A stretch of DNA of 64,000 bases, taken from an uncultured Clostridia bacterium (GTDB lineage: Bacteria > Bacillota > Clostridia > TANB77 > CAG-508). The stretch lies in the NCBI GenBank assembly GCA_944391955.1, contig CALXVG010000001.1:131170-195169 (forward strand), given 5' to 3'. Of the stretch, positions 59,387-64,000 are shown piece after piece; the stretch's first letter is position 1; every line of letters starts with the position of its first letter. The notes below the pieces were generated by a model that saw nothing but the letters and a program-made list of their open reading frames with translations, ran no database searches and was not told the origin of the DNA. The translations under genes were made by a program, and so were the position numbers.

Positions 59387-59907
59387 TCGTCTTCAATATC
59401 TTCTTTTTTATCATCTTCTGTATGATAGTTAAATTTATATGTTGTATTTGTTTTTATTATTTTAGGTCTTTTTATTTTTATACGTTTTTTATTATTTTTG
59501 TCTAGTACCTTATCTAACATTTTATTTGCTTTTTCCATTAAATCTGGTATATAATCTAGCACTTTATCAATTGTACAATTATGCTCTACTGGTAATATCT
59601 TTACAATATTATCTTGAATTACTAAGAATGCTACTGGTTTTATTGAAACTCCTGCTCCACTTCCTCCTCCAAAAGGATTTCTATATGCAATTTCTTCTTC
59701 CTCTCTAGTTTTAGTATATTCTTTTATTGCCTCTCCTTTAAATTCACTTCCACCTGCTGCAAATCCAAATCCCACTTTCGATATCGGAATAACAGTTATG
59801 TTTTCCTGAATTTTCATTGGCTCTCCTATTATTGTATTTACATTTATCATATCTCTTATACTATCCATGGCTGTTAGCATAAGACCTTCTATTTGACGTT
59901 CTTCCAT
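59383..59907 (-). CDS. ytfJ: Sporulation protein YtfJ (GerW family).
   Basis: 174 aa with the conserved PFGGGSGAGVS region. Confidence 0.65.
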   Translation of the reverse strand: MEERQIEGLMLTAMDSIRDMINVNTIIGEPMKIQENITVIPISKVGFGFAAGGSEFKGEAIKEYTKTREEEEIAYRNPFGGGSGAGVSIKPVAFLVIQDNIVKILPVEHNCTIDKVLDYIPDLMEKANKMLDKVLDKNNKKRIKIKRPKIIKTNTTYKFNYHTEDDKKEDIEDE

Positions 59908-60478
59908 CTATTTTATCACTTTCCTTTCTTTTTAATAATCTTGCTATATGGATAATATGTACCACTTTTATGCTAATTATACATTTGATAGATAACTCAA
60001 AATAATTTTCATCTATATATACTGGTAATATTTCATATTTTGTATTATTAACTTTTCTTGCAATAAAAAATGTAATAAATAGATTAAGAAATGTAGTCAA
60101 AAACGCGGTAATTACTGCATTTGCTGTTCCTACTTTACCTTTTATTTTGATATTTTTTATGCTTACATATTTTAAGCTTTTTAATCCTTCCTTTATTTTA
60201 TTTACTTTTATTTTATTTTCATTAGTATAATCCTTTAATATTTCTTCTTGAACTTTTTTTATTATCTTTTTTATTATTTTATTTTTCTTCAAATTTTCTA
60301 TTTTTTCTTTGTTTAATGTTATTTGTAATAAATTTATCTCATTAAGAAATGCTATACTAATTATTATTTTTAAATTTGTTATCTTTTTATTATATATTTT
60401 AAAGTCTTCTATACTAATTTTTAAACTTGAGCTTAGAAATATTATTACTAAAATTATGATAACAAAAAATATTGCCAT
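59861..60478 (-). CDS. YtfI-like (DUF2953) sporulation membrane protein.
   Basis: 205 aa. N-terminal TM. Lys/Ile-rich. Sits upstream of ytfJ, as ytfI does in Bacillus. Confidence 0.45.
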   Translation of the reverse strand: MAIFFVIIILVIIFLSSSLKISIEDFKIYNKKITNLKIIISIAFLNEINLLQITLNKEKIENLKKNKIIKKIIKKVQEEILKDYTNENKIKVNKIKEGLKSLKYVSIKNIKIKGKVGTANAVITAFLTTFLNLFITFFIARKVNNTKYEILPVYIDENYFELSIKCIISIKVVHIIHIARLLKRKESDKIDGRTSNRRSYANSHG

Positions 60479-60531
60479 AGTTTCCTCCTATAACAATATT
60501 TTTTCCATTTTTTACTATTCTATTCGTTTTA

Positions 60532-61281
60532 TTAACTACACTTTTTTTCAATTATAATGTCCGAAAAATTTTCTTCTTGATTTGTTTGTATTTTATTTCT
60601 TCTTGATAGTTCTAATATTCCAGATAATGCTGTTACTGTCTCTAGTTTTGTATATTTTTTTGTTTTGCATAAAGTATTAAATATGAATTTTGGTTTTTTT
60701 AACAATTCTTTAAAAATATCTTTTACTTTACTTGTGACTGTTACTGTTTCTATAACTGCAATTTTTTCTATGTTAGCTGCATTTTCATTTACTTTATTTT
60801 CATTTTTTTCTATCAAAAATTTATAACTTTGAATAATCTCTTGAATATTATGTTCTTCTTCAATCTTTCTGTCTGGTAATTCTATTTTTTCTGCTGTTTT
60901 ATAAAATTTTTGAGAATGTTCATTATAATTTTCTCTTAAAGTTTTAGTTATTTCTTTATATTTTTTATAATCAATAATTCTTTGAATCAATTGTTCTTCT
61001 GTTAGTTCTTCTTCTTCCTCTTCTTGTTTTGGTAATAAGCTTTTAGATTTCATATATATTAAAGTAGAAGCCATTACCATAAACTCACTTGCGATTTCTA
61101 AATTTAATTCTTGCATTTTGTTTAAATATTCAATATATTGGTCTGTAATTTCACTTATTTTTACTTGATTTATGTCCATTTTGTTTTTTTCTATTAAATG
61201 GCATAATAAATCTAAAGGCCCTTCAAAGTTATCTAATTTTATACTGTATTTATTTGTTTCTAATGCTAGTATGTTATTCAT
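60532..61281 (-). CDS. scpA: Segregation and condensation protein A.
   Basis: 249 aa. FEGPLDLLCHLIEKNKMDI N-terminal kleisin motif. Confidence 0.85.
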   Translation of the reverse strand: MNNILALETNKYSIKLDNFEGPLDLLCHLIEKNKMDINQVKISEITDQYIEYLNKMQELNLEIASEFMVMASTLIYMKSKSLLPKQEEEEEELTEEQLIQRIIDYKKYKEITKTLRENYNEHSQKFYKTAEKIELPDRKIEEEHNIQEIIQSYKFLIEKNENKVNENAANIEKIAVIETVTVTSKVKDIFKELLKKPKFIFNTLCKTKKYTKLETVTALSGILELSRRNKIQTNQEENFSDIIIEKKCS

Positions 61282-61311
61282 TTAATTTAGTTCCATCCTT
61301 TCTTGATGCAC

Positions 61312-61761
61312 CTATTCTTTTTCTTCTAGTTCTATAATTTTTATAGTCTCACTCATATATCCTTTTTTTCTAAGATAATCTAAAATTCCTTCTTTTTCTA
61401 ATGTGTTTTGTTTTTTTAGAAAAATCTTTTTAGCAGAATTTATTTCATATTCAAGTAAATCTTCTTTATTGTTATAAATATAATCATCTATTAAGTCTTT
61501 ATTTATTCCTTTAGATAATAATTTATATTGAACTTCTTTTATAGACATATTTTTTAATCTTATAAATTCTGCAACTGATTTTTGTATATATTGATTGTCA
61601 TCTATATATCCATTTTCCTTTAGATATTCTATAACATTATCTAACATATTTCCAGTATTTTTCAAAAATTTTTGTCTTACTTCTGCTTCACTTCTTTTTT
61701 TATATAATACATATTTTAATACTTGTGTTTTTAGTTTATCAAACTCTTCTATATTTTCCAC
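61312..61761 (-). CDS. recX: RecX regulatory protein.
   Basis: 149 aa of helical repeats, immediately downstream of recA. Confidence 0.7.
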   Translation of the reverse strand: MENIEEFDKLKTQVLKYVLYKKRSEAEVRQKFLKNTGNMLDNVIEYLKENGYIDDNQYIQKSVAEFIRLKNMSIKEVQYKLLSKGINKDLIDDYIYNNKEDLLEYEINSAKKIFLKKQNTLEKEGILDYLRKKGYMSETIKIIELEEKE

Positions 61762-61821
61762 AATTTAACTCCTTTTATTTATTACTTAAAAAGAGCAGTA
61801 TTCTGCCCTTTTTAATTGATT

Positions 61822-62940
61822 TTATTCTTCTGTATTTTCTTCAAATTCGTCAAAATCATCTTCCTCGTCATCTTCTTCAATTTCATTGTCTCCTAAGCTT
61901 CTTTCAAATGCTTGTGACATATTTGCTCTTACCTTTTCTTCTATTTCTTTTGCAAATTCCGGATTTTCTTCCATATATTTTTTTGCATTGTCTCTTCCTT
62001 GTCCTATTTTTTCTCCATTATAGCTAAACCATGCACCTGATTTATTTATTATATCTAAGTTTACTGCTAAATCTAATATATTACCTTCTTTTGATATACC
62101 TTTACCATATATAATATCAAATTCTGCTTCTCTAAATGGTGGTGCTACTTTATTTTTTATTACCTTTACTTTTGCTCTTGCACCTACAACTGTTCCATCA
62201 ACTTTTAAGTTTTCTACTTTTCTAATATCTAGTCTAACTGATGCATAGAATTTTAAGGCTCTTCCTCCAGGTGTTGTTTCTGGATTTCCAAACATAATTC
62301 CTACTTTTTCTCTTAATTGATTTATAAAAATTATAACTGTTTTTGATTTGTTTATTACACCTGCTAGTTTTCTTAAAGCTTGTGACATAAGTCTTGCTTG
62401 TAAACCTACATGTGCATCTCCCATATCGCCATCTATTTCAGCTTTTGGAACTAATGCTGCAACAGAGTCTACTACTATTACATCAATTGCTCCACTTCTT
62501 GTTAATGCTTCTGCTATTTCTAATGCTTGTTCTCCTGTATCTGGTTGTGATACTATAAGATTATCTATGTCTACACCTAAATGTTTTGCGTATACTGGGT
62601 CTAAAGCATGTTCTGCATCTATAAAAGCTGCTTCTCCACCCATTTTTTGTGCTTCTGCTATTGCGTGTAATGCTAATGTTGTTTTTCCTGAAGATTCTGG
62701 ACCAAATATTTCTATAATTCTTCCTCTTGGTATTCCTCCTATTCCTAATGCAACATCTAAACTTAATGCACCTGTTGGAATAGCTTCTACATTCATCTCT
62801 TGGTATTCTCCTAATTTCATTATGGCTCCTTTGCCAAATTCTTTTTCAATCTGTCCTAATGCTGCCTCTAATGCTTTCTTTTTTTCAATACCTTCTTTTT
62901 TTTCTAAAATTTCGTTTTTTTCTTTTTTATCTTTACCCAT
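61822..62940 (-). CDS. recA: Recombinase RecA.
   Basis: GPESSGKTT Walker A and an acidic C-tail. An AGGAGGAAAACC RBS sits before MGKDKK at 62940. Confidence 0.95.
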   Translation of the reverse strand: MGKDKKEKNEILEKKEGIEKKKALEAALGQIEKEFGKGAIMKLGEYQEMNVEAIPTGALSLDVALGIGGIPRGRIIEIFGPESSGKTTLALHAIAEAQKMGGEAAFIDAEHALDPVYAKHLGVDIDNLIVSQPDTGEQALEIAEALTRSGAIDVIVVDSVAALVPKAEIDGDMGDAHVGLQARLMSQALRKLAGVINKSKTVIIFINQLREKVGIMFGNPETTPGGRALKFYASVRLDIRKVENLKVDGTVVGARAKVKVIKNKVAPPFREAEFDIIYGKGISKEGNILDLAVNLDIINKSGAWFSYNGEKIGQGRDNAKKYMEENPEFAKEIEEKVRANMSQAFERSLGDNEIEEDDEEDDFDEFEENTEE

Positions 62941-62960
62941 GGTTTTCCTCCTAAATTTTT

Positions 62961-62975
62961 CAAACTTTTGTTTGG
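62961..62975 (-). promoter_or_regulatory. Possible degenerate LexA (Cheo-like) box in the recA promoter.
   Basis: Minus strand reads CAAACAAAAGTTTG (AAAC-N4-GTTT), just downstream of a TTGACA, 17 nt, TATAAT promoter. Confidence 0.25.
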
Positions 62976-63179
62976 TAATATTATATACCATTATATTTTT
63001 TTGTCAAGAGTTTTTTTAAAATTTTTTTATTTTTTATCTACTTATTATATTTTGATTTTATCAAAACATTGATACTCTAAAAATTCCTAACAGATTATTT
63101 CATATTTTAGAAAATTGGTCAAGACTTTCTAATTATTTTTTAGATAAAAAAATTAAAGGGCTCCAAAGCCCCTTTAATT

Positions 63180-64000
63180 TTATTCATACCAAGCAAATTC
63201 CCAATCATTAAATCTTATTGTTTCACCATCTTTTACTCCAGCGTTTCTCAATGCTTCGTCTATTCCTAGATTTATTAACATTTTTTGAAAATAATATAAT
63301 GATTCATTATCTGCTAAGTTTACTCTAGCCATTAATCTATCTACATCTGGACCTGAAACAACAAATTCTCCATCAATCTTGTTTATTTCAAATCCTTTTG
63401 TTTCTTCTTTTAATGTATATACTACTCTTTCTTCTTCATCTAAAAGTTCTTCTTTGGGAAGTTTTTTCAATTCTTCTGAAACTATTCTAAATAATTCTTT
63501 TAGTCCTTCTCCTGTTGCTGCAGATATTTTAAATATTTCTATTCCTTTTTGATTAGCCATTTCTTTTAGTTCGTTAAATAATGTTTCATCTTGCATAACA
63601 TCTATTTTATTTGCAACTATAATTTGTTTTCTAGTACTTAATTTTTTACTGTATTTTTCCAATTCATTATTTATTGTTTTAAAATCTTGAACAGGATTTC
63701 TTCCTTCAGTTCCAGAAACATCAATAACATGAAGTAATAACCTAGTTCTCTCTATATGCCTTAAAAATTTTAAGCCTAATCCTATTCCTTCACTTGCTCC
63801 TTCAATAATTCCTGGTATGTCAGCAATTACAAAGCTATCTCCATATTCAGTTTTTACTACACCTAGATTTGGTTCAAGTGTTGTAAAATGATAATCTGCA
63901 ATTTTAGGTGTTGCTGATGTTACCATTGAAAGAATTGTAGATTTACCTACATTAGGAAATCCTAATAAACCAACATCTGCTATTAGTTTTAGTTCTAATA
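63180..64000 (-). CDS. obg: GTPase Obg, C-terminal part. The gene continues beyond the window end.
   Basis: Obg G-domain motifs ([14 protein letters not shown]) and an OCT-like C-terminal domain. A terminator hairpin lies at ~63150-63182. Confidence 0.85.
   Translation of the reverse strand, partial: LELKLIADVGLLGFPNVGKSTILSMVTSATPKIADYHFTTLEPNLGVVKTEYGDSFVIADIPGIIEGASEGIGLGLKFLRHIERTRLLLHVIDVSGTEGRNPVQDFKTINNELEKYSKKLSTRKQIIVANKIDVMQDETLFNELKEMANQKGIEIFKISAATGEGLKELFRIVSEELKKLPKEELLDEEERVVYTLKEETKGFEINKIDGEFVVSGPDVDRLMARVNLADNESLYYFQKMLINLGIDEALRNAGVKDGETIRFNDWEFAWYE

Overview
This 64 kb window is a very AT-rich (roughly 25-28 % GC) chromosomal segment from a Gram-positive, endospore-forming Firmicute, most likely a member of the Clostridia. 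Sporulation genes are present (spoVS, a spoVE/ftsW homologue, ytfI-ytfJ, a Spo0E-like gene). About 85 % of coding sequence is on the minus strand.

Most of the window is housekeeping genes:
- relA (partial) and recJ
- trmB, divIVA, sepF, adhE
- murE, mraY, ftsW/spoVE
- a topoisomerase III-like gene
- a pair of M16 peptidases, rpsU, clpC, a ROK glucokinase
- ymdB, tsaD, addA, plsX, acpP
- the rpsL-rpsG-fusA-tuf operon
- a D-Ala-D-Ala carboxypeptidase, scpA, recX, recA and obg (partial)
- a Val-Asp-Phe tRNA operon

No CRISPR array, insertion sequence, integrase or complete prophage is visible.

The features that deserve follow-up are:
- A 1.3 kb cassette carrying a KilA-N domain gene with its own strong promoter, flanked by perfect 39-bp direct repeats, inserted between a Spo0E-like gene and murE.
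- A roughly 172-bp tandem repeat (2.2 copies) downstream of tRNA-Phe, in which every copy carries the last 19 nt of tRNA-Phe plus a terminator.
- A short GC-rich element family found at several intergenic sites.
- A lgt gene disrupted by a single-base frameshift.
- Two sortase loci:
  - One is a class A/D-like sortase with a Cna-B-repeat adhesin that ends right at its LPKTG motif, with no membrane anchor.
  - The other is a class B sortase lying between two paralogous beta-helix surface proteins, one ending in an NPDTS-type sorting signal.
- An uncharacterised three-gene operon (DUF362 Fe-S-like protein, an ECF-transporter S-component-like membrane protein, and a small DUF1893-like protein) preceded by a perfect 16-bp palindrome.
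- A TauE/SafE exporter encoded as two separate half-size genes.
- A 33-aa Asn/Lys-rich peptide gene.
- An unusually long rpsL-rpsG spacer.

Many operons that are normally conserved are broken here:
- addA has no addB next to it.
- clpC has no ctsR-mcsAB upstream.
- scpA has no scpB.
- plsX is followed directly by acpP.
- The rpsL-rpsG-fusA-tuf (str) operon is isolated.

This points to a heavily rearranged or reduced genome.
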